A DNA stretch of 64,000 nt, from assembly GCA_964247055.1 (NCBI GenBank), contig OZ176051.1:1488001-1552000 (forward strand), given 5' to 3'. Under the pieces are notes generated by a model that saw only the letters and a list, made by a program, of their open reading frames with translations, did not search any database and was not told where the DNA came from. The position numbers and the translations under genes are program-made. Each line of letters starts with the position of its first letter. The first letter of the stretch is position 1. Below, in pieces: positions 26,288 through 40,041 of this stretch. The stretch comes from Paragordius varius. Lineage: Eukaryota > Animalia > Nematomorpha.

Positions 26288-27603
26288 ATGAATTGATAGG
26301 TGTGTATGCTATGATAAGACATGGAGCTCGGGCCCCTACCAAGGGTTATAATTATCCAAAGTATAAATGGATTCCAGAACGATATCCTTTTGGTTTTGGA
26401 CAATTAACGCGAAATGGTATAAAACAAATGTGCGATGTCGGAACCGATTTGCAAAACCGCTATTTTAACAATGCCACTAATGTACATGGTTTTTTTAAGG
26501 GAGTAAATGGTGCAAAGGCAGGGAAAACAAATTTAATCAAATTATGGTCGACAAATATTTCGAGAACCATAAGCAGTGCTAAAGCTTTTCACTTAGGATT
26601 TTTCTTAGGATCCAATAATTCATGTGCCAATATTTTGGATGAATCTGAGATCAGCTCAATCATAGAAGAAGGGAACATGCGTGATAAATCGAAATGGGCA
26701 GCGGATAAATTAATCATATTTCCGGACAAAAATCATGTTTTTAACAAGGTTTCTACCGCTATTCCGACCTTTTATCTATATACTATATATAATTATTATA
26801 TGTGTGATGCTTTGCTCCTTAGACTACACGCTTCTATTAAACATTCTAATTCCAGTGCGTGGAAATTTTACAATGAACATCAGGATATAATGCATTACAT
26901 ATCAAAACATACTGGCCTCTCCGTCTCATACTTAGCGACACAGGGTCCCCGGGTGGATGATGTTATCTCCAGTGAGTTTACACAAAATCCTGAATATATT
27001 CCGATTTGGGCGCGGGGTTATTGGTCAAACGGAATGCAAAAAGCAACTGTTAGCTCAAGGGGTGATGATGACTCAAGTGAAAGTATATATCACATAATTC
27101 AAACATATTCCGAATTAACAACTATGAACGCCCTGACCTTTGATAGCGATGTGCGGATATATGCTGTTGGATGTTACATTCATCACCTTATCAAAGATAT
27201 GAAGGATAAAATTGATCAGCATAATTTTCATCGAAATGTGGAAAACATTGACAGTGTAGGCAAAAATCATACTTGTGAAAATATACGCGTAAACACAGAT
27301 TCAAAGTGTGGACCAGCTTTTTTCAATTTTTACATGGGGCATGATGTTACAATCCATGCCTTGTTAGCCTATTTAAACATTACCTATAAACGAAAGGCCA
27401 ATTTTGCTAGTGTGATATTGTTTGAATTAAATTATGCAAAGAAAACCAATTCGTATATTATAAATATATTTTTCAGAGGCTCTGTTCGGGAATCACTTAA
27501 GCACGTTAAAATATTTTCTTTCGATGATTTTGTTGAAAAATATTGGATAACAAATTTTACAGTTTTTACCACAAGCCTAAAAAATTTATGTCCATTGAAA
27601 TAA
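26288..27603 (+). CDS. Histidine acid phosphatase (branch 2, ACP2/ACP3-like); single 1.3-kb exon, 5' end unresolved
   Basis: RHGARAP matches RHGxRxP, and YMGHDVTI carries the HD motif. An acceptor (CTTAG, ending 26287) opens ..DELIGVYAMIRHG. No convincing upstream exon was found. Confidence 0.88.
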
Positions 27604-30600
27604 ATTTTTATTACTGTTTACTATGATAAGGATACAATGGTTTCTTGATTATCAATTCACAAGAGCTTAGAAAAGCTGCTACACTTTGTTTAAGTCACAA
27701 AAAAGGTTGTAAACGATTTCAAATTTAAATTATATGAAAATATATCTAATACTTGACATTTTAAAACTTGCTTCTTTTAATGCAAAATCCTTAACTGACT
27801 ATGTCTACTCGTGTTAATAATATTTCCAATATGCAAATAGACCAGCTCCTCTCAACATATTTTAAAAATATGTTCAATAATTTTAATGTAATCTTAAATC
27901 TTTTGCCACCAATTATTTTTCAATATATTTGCTAGATCGTTTATTAATGCAAATATACTTAAAAGATAAAATAATTTAGTATGAAAACAAATATCTTACA
28001 CTCATCTAAAAAGCTGATTAATTGTTTTTGTGTCTTATGATATATCAAAAAGAATATTTCCACTTTTATCGTGAGTGCTCCATCTTAAAACATAAAATTA
28101 ACCCATATCAACTAAATACGTTTTAAAAAATAAATTTAAAACTTCCATCCTAACTGGCCAGATGTGAAATTTAAAATTTATTAAAAATAGAGGTCCAAAT
28201 ATAAATTTGTGTTTTATAAATATATCAATAGCTAAAATACTTAATATTAGTTAGGCATTGACATTTTATTTAAAAACCTTTGGCATATTCCCGTGCTTTT
28301 TAGAATCTCGGGCGATTTAAGTTAATTTCTATTAAATACCATAAGCAATACTCACAATAAATATAATGATTAACACGGTGCACAAAGGGGTGTATGAAAA
28401 ATATCCTAATATCGATTCTGATATGAAAATGTATCATTATTACTATGGCACTTTTGGTTTTCTTACGAGTTATTTAAGATTATTTATACTTTATTGGCAG
28501 TACTTTATATGAGAAAATGGAAAAATTTCCGCATATTAAAATATTTTTGGGTGAAAGCTAAATGCTTTATTTCAAAAAATCTCAATAAAAGATATATCAC
28601 TACATATAAAAAGAAAAAATTTTGATAATTATATGTGGGCTCTAAAATTCCTAAATTTTTTCGCTCTTCTAAAATGGGTTAATTTCCTTTAAATAGCAAA
28701 AATGCCGAGATTGAGCGATAAAAAGGTTAAAAGGAAGCCAAATTTTGGTATCAGTTAAAAATATATTTTAATGCCTACTTTTTTAAATTATTAATTTTTA
28801 CTTAAATTTTGCTGAAGCCTACCTCATACTATCTCGAGACATCATGTTAACAGTTGAAAAACGCTCTAGTAGAAAAAACATTTTATGCTTAACATCTTTA
28901 TCTTTGAATTTTAATTTAAAGGTCGTTTGCTTGCAAATTTAAGTGATTTATGTAAAAATACACAATTTATAATTAATATGCATTTTAATATAGAAAAATA
29001 TTTTAATCAAAATTATGATTAATAAATTGTTAAACATAATCGAATAGTGCAGAAAAGTGAATTTATACAATCTTAAAACTTTTTTAAAACAATTCCATCA
29101 TGGCTTTAACTAGAACGAAGTACTAATAAAATTTTGCTAAAAAATAAATTTTTGAAAAATGTTTGCATTTTTTTAAAAATATTATTAATTCAAAATTTAG
29201 CATCAATTTTTTATCGGGCAATCTCGGTATTTTTGGGTTTATGTAGCACTTTATTTACTTTTCATTGCCTTAGTTTACATATTGGGAAAGTATATAAGAG
29301 CTCAATTTTGTAAATAAACTACTGTTTTAAAATATAGTTGAAATTTAATTATTAAATAGGTCTGATGAATCAACACTTGGATACAACGCATTCAATTGGT
29401 TCAAATTGGGGTCGTTGGATACCACAGGCCTGTTTATAATTAAATACTTCAAATAAGAAAGGAATCTAAACCATGACAAAAAGCACTTATATAACATTAA
29501 TTAACCGAAATGCAAAACAAATTCATTCTAAATAATTTATATTACTTATTTTAAGGTAAAACCCAAGAGTAAAAATTTAGTCCACATGACATGTGATTAT
29601 CTAAATCTATAAATAATATGAAATAAACCACTTCTGTTTCTATCAATGTTAGATGTGATTAAAAAATTAGCCTTAATTACTTTCAAATTAAGTAATCACG
29701 ATATTTTGCAAATATTTTGTAAAAAAATGGCGTCGAAGTAGTTGGATATGAGATTTTTTATAAGACTAAATTTAATGTAGATATTTCGGCTTGGGGACCG
29801 TTTCTTTTAGTTTTTTTAATAATAGTAACTTAAAAATATGGGATATTTAAATATCTTAATTTGGATCGAAGTGTAAAATAAAAAACTAATATTTTGAATC
29901 TTGTCATTTCTGAACACTAATATTGGGTCAGGTGCAATAACACGATTGAAATGAGCAGTTGATATGAGAATCAAATTATATAATGTTAAAATGTAGCCTG
30001 AAAGTTAATTATTACATTTTCTAACGATAACATACATTGTTGCATTAGCGATTTAACAAAATAAAATGGCGGCAAACGGTTTCGGATGGGATTTCCAAAT
30101 TTACATCAAAAAAGCTTTGTATAATGCAGATAAAAGGCTAAAGAAAGCATATAAAATCGGCTTACTTATATTTTTAAATAATAAAATTTCAAATCACATC
30201 TCTGTTGCATTCTAGTATGAAGAATTTCCCAGATAAACATAAATCTGATGATAATTATACGTTAATCTATCTTTTTCGCCGCCAATTATTTTTTTAATTT
30301 GGTCAACAGATAAATTGTATTATAATATAATTTCTAGCAGCATTTTTTTGCTTATTTAATTTAGCTGTTTATTATCGGATTTAGAGTTATCCCGTTATCT
30401 ATATTATAAAACTTTACAACTAAAATTTATTTTTAACAGATAAATGTTTGATAATCATATTTCAGATATAAATTTTAAAAGTACTTTTAGTAAAAGTTTA
30501 AGTTGGGATACAAAACCACGCCAAATTGTGATCGTCTACAAAAAAAGGTAAGGAACTGTTTAATTTTTTGTTGGATTATAATGGAAATATTTAATCCATT

Positions 30601-30698
30601 TTGATGGCTATAAAATTGAACCATTTAGATTCTAAACTTTTTAAAAAAAATTTTAAATACTCAGTTGTTCCATCTCTTTTACGTTAAGTTGCAATCAA

Positions 30699-33600
30699 AT
30701 GGGTGTCCCGGCGTTTTTTCGTTGGCTTAGCCGCAAATATCCTTCAATTATAGTGTCTTGCATTGAAAATAAGGTATTTTTTATTGTAATCTCAGGATGC
30801 TAAACCAGAAGATATTCTTGGACCTAATCCAAATCAAATTGAATTTGATAACGTTTATTTGGATATGAATGGTATAATACATCCTTGTTGTCATCCCGAA
30901 TTCAAAGCAGCCCCTGAAAATGAAGATGAAATGATGGTAGAAATATTCAATTATATTGATCGGTTAATGGGAATTTTGCGTCCTAGGAAACTTCTTTACA
31001 TGGCCGTAGATGGTGTGGTAAGTTTAAATTATATACTATTTCATTCAAACTCAACAATTATTTTTATTTAATTTCATTATAAAAAATGTATTTTTACTTA
31101 GGCCTATAGAGCCCTTAAATGTTTACCAATAATTTTTAGTTTATTTACTTTGGGGATAATATTTAATTAAAACAAATTTTTTTAAACCTAAATTTTAATA
31201 TTATTCATTAAATCATATAAAAAATTCAATTTTGAGTCATTTTTACTGGTTAATAAGATAACATTAAATAACTCATAAAAACGGTTATAAATTATTTTTT
31301 AATAAAGTTTTAGTAATACAACATAATGAGTTTGAATGAGTTTGTACGGTAAAAATTAGGCATTTGTAAATTATAAATATATTAATGTATAAATATCTTA
31401 AGGCCCCTAGAGCCAAAATGAATCAACAAAGGTCCCGACGCTTTCGTGCCTCACAAGAAAGCGTCGAACACAAAGCTTGTCTTGCAAGAGTCAAACAAGA
31501 AATCCGGGCCCGCGGAATCGATGTTCCAGAAAGCAAAAAGAAAGGTTTCGATAGCAATTGCATTACACCAGTATGTCTTATTCTTTTAATATATGTGATA
31601 AATTAATTTTATGTAAGTATATAATAGAATTTTTCTTTCAAAAATGGTGAATTTTTTGTTTATTATAGTAATATATCTTTTATATTGGTTTTACTCATTA
31701 TAATGGGTAAAAAATGCCCACAAATTATCAAGTTTGTTTAAGATTTATATGAATTATAAATTATTATAACAAAACTAGGAAATCAGGAAAGTGATCATCA
31801 TGAGCCGATTAGTTTATAGGTACGTTCTTTTTCAAAAAAAATTCAAAAATTAGAAATGAAACACAAAAATTAAAAGACTGGTGTTATTTATCAAGAAAAC
31901 AATGTTATTTTGATTTTTGGTAATTATAGAAATATATATTCCTGTTTCATATAACAAAGCTATTAATTATATTTAAAAAATTTAGTTTTCCAAAATTATT
32001 TTTTTTTCACAAATGTTAATCTATAATTTCGATTATGTCAATAACATACTTTTAGGGAACACCATTTATGCACAAATTATCTCTGAGCCTTCGTTACTAT
32101 ATTCAAGATCGGCTCTCAAACCATCCCGCTTGGAAAAATGTTAAGGTTATTCTTTCAGACGCCAATGTTCCTGGCGAAGGGGAACACAAGATTATGGATT
32201 TTATACGCAAACAAAGAGGTTAGCGTTTTAGTTTTTTGAACGTAATTAAATTTTGTTATATACGCTTTTGATTAACACAAAACATTATTGTTGATTTGTT
32301 AAATTATTTAAATTTTTTTAAATTGGATTACTGCTATATAAGAATAGTCATTGTAAATATACATTTCTTTTTTTCTTTATTTTCCTGTATCTTTTGATTT
32401 CTTAAAATATGATAACTTAAATAGAGTAATGACACATGCCGTATTTTATCTATACATTCGTTAATATTTGGCGTGAAATTGATCTCAGCTTTGATTAAAT
32501 ATAAATATGCGAATTTTTTATTCTTAGCTCGACTTTTAATTATCAACGTGTTAAATGTTTTTTACTTACATAATTTAACTAAAGATAAATGCGTATAAAT
32601 ATTTATTCGCGCATGAAAATATGTAATGTATCATTTTTATTATCAAGGCCTAATTTGTTGATATAACTATACTAGAGACTTATGCGCTTGTTAATAATTT
32701 TTAGCATAAAAAAATATTTTTTTTTTGTGATTTTTAGCAAATCCAAACCATGATCCAAATACGCGACATTGTCTTTGTGGAGCAGATGCCGATCTTATAA
32801 TGTTGGGCTTAGCTACTCATGAACCCCATTTCACCATTATAAGGGAAGAGTTTAGACCTCAAAATAAACCTTGCGATTTGTGCGGAGATAAGGGTTAGGG
32901 TCATTTTTTTAAATCACAGTAAACTATTGAAAATAAGCAGTTAAATTATTTAAAACTTATTTTTTCTGTGCTTATAGGGTTGTAAAATTAAATTAAAAAT
33001 GTTACCCTTTATATTATAAACTCCAATCATTTAGATAAAAGCCAATAATAAAAAGCAGTCTTTTTAGTTGTTTTGTGTAATAGACCTTTTTAACGAAAAT
33101 TGAAGCTTTTCACATGTTATACCATATAATATTAATTTAATAACCAACACATATTTCATTTCATGCTATAATTTTTAGGGCACGAATTGAAAGATTGTAA
33201 GGGTGAAGCATTATTGTTGGCTAATTCACAGAATGTGGAGTCTTCATCATTCGATGAAAGCGATAATGATATTTTCAGTCCTGCTTCCCATGAAGGTTAA
33301 ATTTTATTTCCATTTTTTCAAGGATTTCTGTAAAACTAAAAATGTTTTTTTGATATATATGTTTCCATCTTAAAATATTTAGACGCTCTGTAAATTACAT
33401 ATTTGTTTTATTTTAATTCCAGTCGAAAATAATTTTTATGCCACCGATTTTTTGCAAAAAAATGGTTTAAATTTATTGTTCTTGGTTTTTAAATTTTTTT
33501 TCTATAAATAAGCTTATATACATAAACCTATTAGTTAATATTTATGCTGTGCAATCTTTCTCTGGATTATATAAAAAATTTTAATTTTCATGATTAAATA

Positions 33601-36600
33601 CAATAATCAATATTAACAATAGTATTAAAAAAATGGTATAATTAGTAAAAAATTTTACTTGCTTTTCGTTTTAAAAAACGAGTCTGAACCTTTATTTCTA
33701 AATATTTCTGGCTTCATTGCCCGGTTTTTATCTTAATTTTTTATGATTTTGATATTATCATCTTTTTGTTTTGAAGGTGGAACCACATTCCTTTTTATTC
33801 GACTTGATGTTTTGCGACAATACCTGGAAAGAGAATTGCTTTATGAAAGTTTGTCACCGGCCAATAACAATAATAGTAATAATTCTTATAACTCATATAA
33901 TAATAAATTTCAAAATGGTCGAAATAACAATCAATTCGATAATTTTGTACCGGCATATCCACAAGAGGTAGAGGTCTCTCCTCAAAACAGAAAACTAAAT
34001 TATGATTTAGAAAGGTTTTCGTTTTCAAATTAAAAATTATCTTTTTTTATAAAAACATTTTTAGCATTTAATTTTTATGTGTGTTTAGATTGATTGATGA
34101 TTGGATATTCCTGTGTTTTTTCGTTGGTAACGATTTTTTACCTCACCTGCCTTCGTTGGAAATCCGGTTTTTTTATAAAAAAAAATTTTGTTTAAACCTT
34201 ATGAATATAATATATTTATAATATATTTTTCTTTATTACTTAGAGAGAATGCTATAGATCGATTAGTTAAAATATACAGAGCCATTCTTCCTTCCTTGGT
34301 AAAATTCAATTTTTCGCTTTATTTTTATTAAACTGCCTTAATCTCCCTTTAGTACAATTAAAATTTCCAAATCAAATGATGCAATTTAAATCAATCTAAT
34401 TATAGTTAAATTTTAGAAAAACATAATATTCCACAAAATTATTCAAAACACCTATAACCTGTTCGCATTAAATTTGCTACTAAAATGATTAATTTAACGG
34501 TAAATTTATAGGATGATTATCTAACCCATAATGGGTTAGTTAATCTTAAAGCAACTCAAAGTATCCTGGTTAAACTTGGCCTAATGGAAGATAACATCTT
34601 TAAACAGAGGCAGGCTAATGAGTTGCGTTTCAAAAGACGTGAGGCCGAAAGAGCTCAACGCGAATCTGAAAATGAACAAAAGTACAATGCCATGTATGGG
34701 TAAGGATTGCGTTTTTTAACACTAAACTTTGAAAAAATATTGAATTTGAAATATAAAAGCTAGAGTTTTTTATTTTAGTTATGAATTTAAAATTTGAAGA
34801 AATAAGGCATGTTGAATATGGAAAAAATATCCCTTGTAAGGCAGTTTTTAATCAACTTGTCTCTTATATTAGGTCAATTAACGTAAAATATGTTAAAGTT
34901 TTTTGTATAACGAAGTTATTAACCAAAAGAATGTTTAAAGTATATATGTTTTATTAGTTTGTTCAAATATGGGACTTTCAATCTCATATTAACTCCATCC
35001 TTAACCTAATTGTATTGGTAAATAGATTCGGCTATTTGAAAATATGAGTGACTCTATAAAAATAATTGACAATCTTAAACTTTATAAAACGTACTACTTT
35101 TTTAATATTTACTCCCTTTATAATTCCAAGTTTAATTATTTTTTTTTTGTTTATTGAAAACATAAAATTCAAAAGGGCAAAATATGAATCTACTAAAGAT
35201 AAATTAGATTAGGAATCGTAACGAAACCGCGCATTAAAAAATATTCTAATTTAATAAACAAGATATGAACATAGATTAATTAACCATGTACTCATTTTAT
35301 CATATTTTCCCGAACAAATAATTTTTTATTTTGGTTTAGAAATAATTTGAATTCAAGAAATAATATGAATTCCTTTCAAACCCAACAAGTTAAAATAGAC
35401 AACATGTTTTATCCCCTGGGACATCAATCTTTCAAAATGAACACGAACGAACCGGTTAAATTTATCCCTAATAATAAAAAGACACTTGAAAAGGTATGAA
35501 AACTTAAATATTTAATAATTATATATTGTAAAAATCGAAATTATAAGATTAAACCTAAAACCTTGAACATATATAGTTTTTTTATGAAAACAATTTTGAT
35601 TTTTAAAATATGATATATACTAAAACGATATTATCAATTTTTTATTTTCATAAGTCTAATTATTATAAAGGCATCCTTTCAACATTTTATAGTTTTAACA
35701 TTTTATAAAATTCTTTATACATTGGGGTTGTTAACACATAATATATGTAAGGAACATTATTAGTAGTTTAGATAATTTAATTGAAGTTGTTATTAAAGTG
35801 ACGATGTGAGGTTCTTAATCATAATTTTTTTTTCGTTTTTAAATAGAAAATGGAATTGAAATATAGTAATTTTCTCAGCAAATCCAACAATCAAAAAACT
35901 TCAACTAAAAAGACTGATCAGGATAGCGATGAAGATGAAAATACAGATGATGTTAGGTTTTTATCAGTAATATGTATAGCTGTATTTAACAAATCGATTG
36001 TTCTCACAAACATTTTTTCTTTAAGTCAAAAATAATAATTTGATTATCGTAAAATTTATTTAAAACTGAATTATATCCAATTTTTTTGATACATATCCGT
36101 ATCTATTTGAATAAAAATAAAAAATGCGATGGAAAGGTAACAAATTTAATCATTTTTATGTATGTGTTAAATAGAGACTAATATATGTACTAAATTACTG
36201 ATTAGTTTTAATAAGCCTGAATAATTATTATTATTCAAAATATTTATTTTATGTTTTGATTCATTTTGCAATAGATTGTGGGAGGCTGGTTTCAAAGATC
36301 GTTATTACACAAGCAAATTCAATGTGGATGTTGATGATATGGAGTTTCGTAACAAAGTTGTAAGTATTTTTACATTTCTTTATGATATATTTTAATAATA
36401 TCTTTTTTTCAAAAGTTTAAAATATTAACTTGTATGTCAGATAAATTTAATTCTTTTAGTTTTCACTACTTAACACAAATTTAACATTTGTCAAATAAAG
36501 TTACATCAATTTTAGACTACTATGTGGAGCTTACAAAAGTGTTAAAATTAAAAAATATATTTTTTAACAACGACAACTAATTTTTATTAAACCTTTTCAC

Positions 36601-39600
36601 CCACATAAATTATTTAATTTCAATGTTAATTCATATAAAGTATGTTGCCAATTTACATCTAGATGTGTTATTTCAACAATAATAGGCTTTATATAACACT
36701 GCTCAACAAGGTTTTGCACCACCCCATTATTTTTGCATTTTCTGATACCTAATGGCATGGAAAGGCCAAAACAAAAAAGAAAATTGAGGCCACCAATAGG
36801 ATTTTTCCGAAATTTAATTTTTAAATTTGTATTTAATTTAAAAATAACAATCATTCCTCGTGTATATATATTTAAATATTCAAACGAACAAGTCGATACA
36901 AGTAAGATTCCATGCATGAATAACAAAATTCTAGGCATTAAATAAGATACTAAACAAGCTAAGAGCCAAAGTATTAAAAATCTAAAAGGGGCTTATGTAT
37001 AGTGTGATAGATCCGGGCGGATGCAGAAGCTCTGCATATCCCCCAAGCGATCCAATTATGCCAGATATGACAAAGATAACAATAAGTAATCGTAAAGCCC
37101 GATACGAGAGACTCGCAAGCAAAATCCAGACAAATTGACATGTCAAATTAACCAATTCACAGAATAAAGTCAGATAAATTCTACAATTAAATTGAATAAA
37201 AAGATTAGGTAAATACAAATGGTCCAATCCCATAATAGTAAATTCTACTAAAAGTGGCTACACAACATCCATCTGAAATTAAAAATATAAAACAACCAAT
37301 AATTTTAAAAAATAAAGTATATCCACTAGGTATAAATAAAGGATTTTTTGTAAGAACCAACTCTAGAAAAAAAGCCTAATAAGTACTCGAAGGAACGAAA
37401 ACTAACAAAAAAATATAGCCTATCTAAAAGCCGAAGGTTTAAACTATAGAATGCCTTTTTTAGTATCTTTTTAAAATTTTTTTATACGTATTAAAAATTC
37501 ACTTGAAAGAAAAAAACTAAATTTTGACGTTTAAGTCCGTATTATTTTTCTCTCTCTGATATTTAAATGACATATTTATATTCAAAAGATAGAGTTAAAC
37601 TCTTTATTAAATGATATTAAGTTTATAATATAATAACATTTTATTATAAAGTTATATGTAATTTTCTCTCGATTTTCTCTTGTTTTTGAAAAATTGAAAA
37701 ACCTATAATATTTCAAAATTCTGATTGGCGGGATCAAAAATTTTTTCACATTCGGTTTTAAAACACTGAAATTAGTCATAATTTAAAAGTTTGGGTGGTG
37801 GTGCTCAAAAATGTCTAAATTTGTCGACTAGTGTAATTAAATAAGATTAATAAATATACTTGTCTTTTTATATTTTTATCTTTACAATCTAATTTTTTAC
37901 TGCATATGTTGATGTATTAGGCTATGGCGTATGCAAAAGGTCTGTGTTGGGTCTTACTTTATTACTATCAAGGTTGTCCCTCGTGGGATTGGTATTTTCC
38001 TTTCCATTATGCTCCTTTCGCCTCAGATTTTCATGACATTGAAGGAAAAATTACAAATACGTTTGATACAATCACTAAACCGGTATATATGACATTATAT
38101 TATTACTCACCCAAAAGTCTGTGTTTAAATGTTGAATTAAACTAAATTGTAAATTATTATGAGCTAAATTTAATTTGAAATCGATAATATAAAGCTAAAA
38201 ATGATGTAAGTGGTTCAAATATTAAGCGACAAGAGAATAAACAAAATTTTATGAAATTTAATTGAAAATATAATACGATGTAAGAAACTACCCTTATTCA
38301 AATGTATTATTTTAGAATTAACCTAACATAAAGTTTTTCATAAATAAAAACTAGTCCGTAAAATTATTTTGATATAAATGCATTCAGTCAAAACTTAATA
38401 AGATTACGAATAACTGTTGTTTAAAAAAATTTATTTAGTTTTCTCCCTTGGAACAACTTATGGCTGTATTTCCAGCTTCCAGTGGGGTTCATGTTCCCCC
38501 TACTTGGGCTCAACTCATGACTGCTCAAGATTCACCAATCTTAGATTTCTATCCATCCGCTTTCAAAGTCGATCTCAATGGGAAAAAATTTGCTTGGCAA
38601 GGTGAAAATTATATTCAAACTTTGTTTTAGTTTTCTAGAATTTTTTTTTATAAATACTTAAGATGGGAAACCAAATTCTTTTATATATCACAAAAGTGAT
38701 TTTTCAGAACCGTTTGGAATTAAAAATATTAAAACACAGTTTTCATCCGTATTTGAACCTGCGATCTGCATCAAATATATTTTTTTATTATTTCTTAGTG
38801 TGTATACAATGTTAATGTTATTTTTTTCTGTTGTAAATGTTTTTATAATTATTTATGGCATCTTAACGAAAAATAGCATAATCATAAATTTAAATAAAAG
38901 AAATTGTGCGAAAATATTTTTCGAAAACCTGTATCATTCTGTCTGGAACCGATTTTCAAAAATATAACACCGGAATCTAAAACTAATCTGGTTTTTTTAC
39001 AATCCCATCCCTAGAAAATATTTTTTGAAAATTAAACTTTAGGTGTGGCTCTGTTACCGTTTGTGGATGAAAAACGATTGTTAGACACTTTGCAGGAACG
39101 CGTGTACGATTCTTTGACGCCCTTTGAACGCGAACTCAACAAATGCAGTTTTGATCGATTGTATGTCAGCAATGGTCATCCAGCTTTTCCAATTATCCGT
39201 TACCTATTGGACCAGAATAAAGCTAAGAAAAAAGTTTACAAATATTGCTAACTCTTTTTTAAAGTGTGTTGAAACTAAGAAATATAAAGTAAAGTTTAAG
39301 GAATTAAATTTGAAAAAGATATCCAGAAAATGCTTTATTTTTTAGATACAACCTATGATATATTATATATAACCCTTAATTTTATAACCCCACATTTAAC
39401 ATTTATTACTCGTTTTGGAAATATATAGAAAAACTTAAGGATACAAAAATATGATTTACATTAAATGACGTTTTTTATAGAAAAAACCTCCAAACTAAAT
39501 TTATATAATATGCCACCTCTCTTTAAAAAGTTTTACTGTATTTTCTTGGTAATGAGCTAAGACATAACATATTGTGGAATGAACAAACATTAAAATTATA

Positions 39601-39987
39601 ATGACAAAACAATAAAAAAGACAATTTTTTTTAAAACAGCCACATTTTTATAATTAATATAATTCAAATAACCTATTATAGAGATTAAGATTTTCTTTAA
39701 TTAAAATATTAGATTTTGTCTTTATAAATAATTTTAACCGTTTTTTTCGCTTATATTAGGGTTTCACAACACTCAATGCTTCATTTTGCCAAGGAATGGC
39801 CGGTTCAGTAACTCAGGATTCTGAGGCTGTGGGAGAAGATAATTTTTTGCAATCGCCTTTACCAAAACTTCCTAACCTTACTGTTAAATCTATTGGGTAT
39901 ACATACGTTTCTTTTCATTTCTTATATATCTTGAAATGTTTCATGGGTTATTTTAATTTAAAGTCGAAAATTCTCGATGTTGGAGTC

Positions 39988-40041
<54 letters not shown>

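Noticed and set aside
29345-29445. CTGATGA inside a small inverted repeat
   Set aside because: There is no GAAA after the putative stem II; at most a dead remnant.
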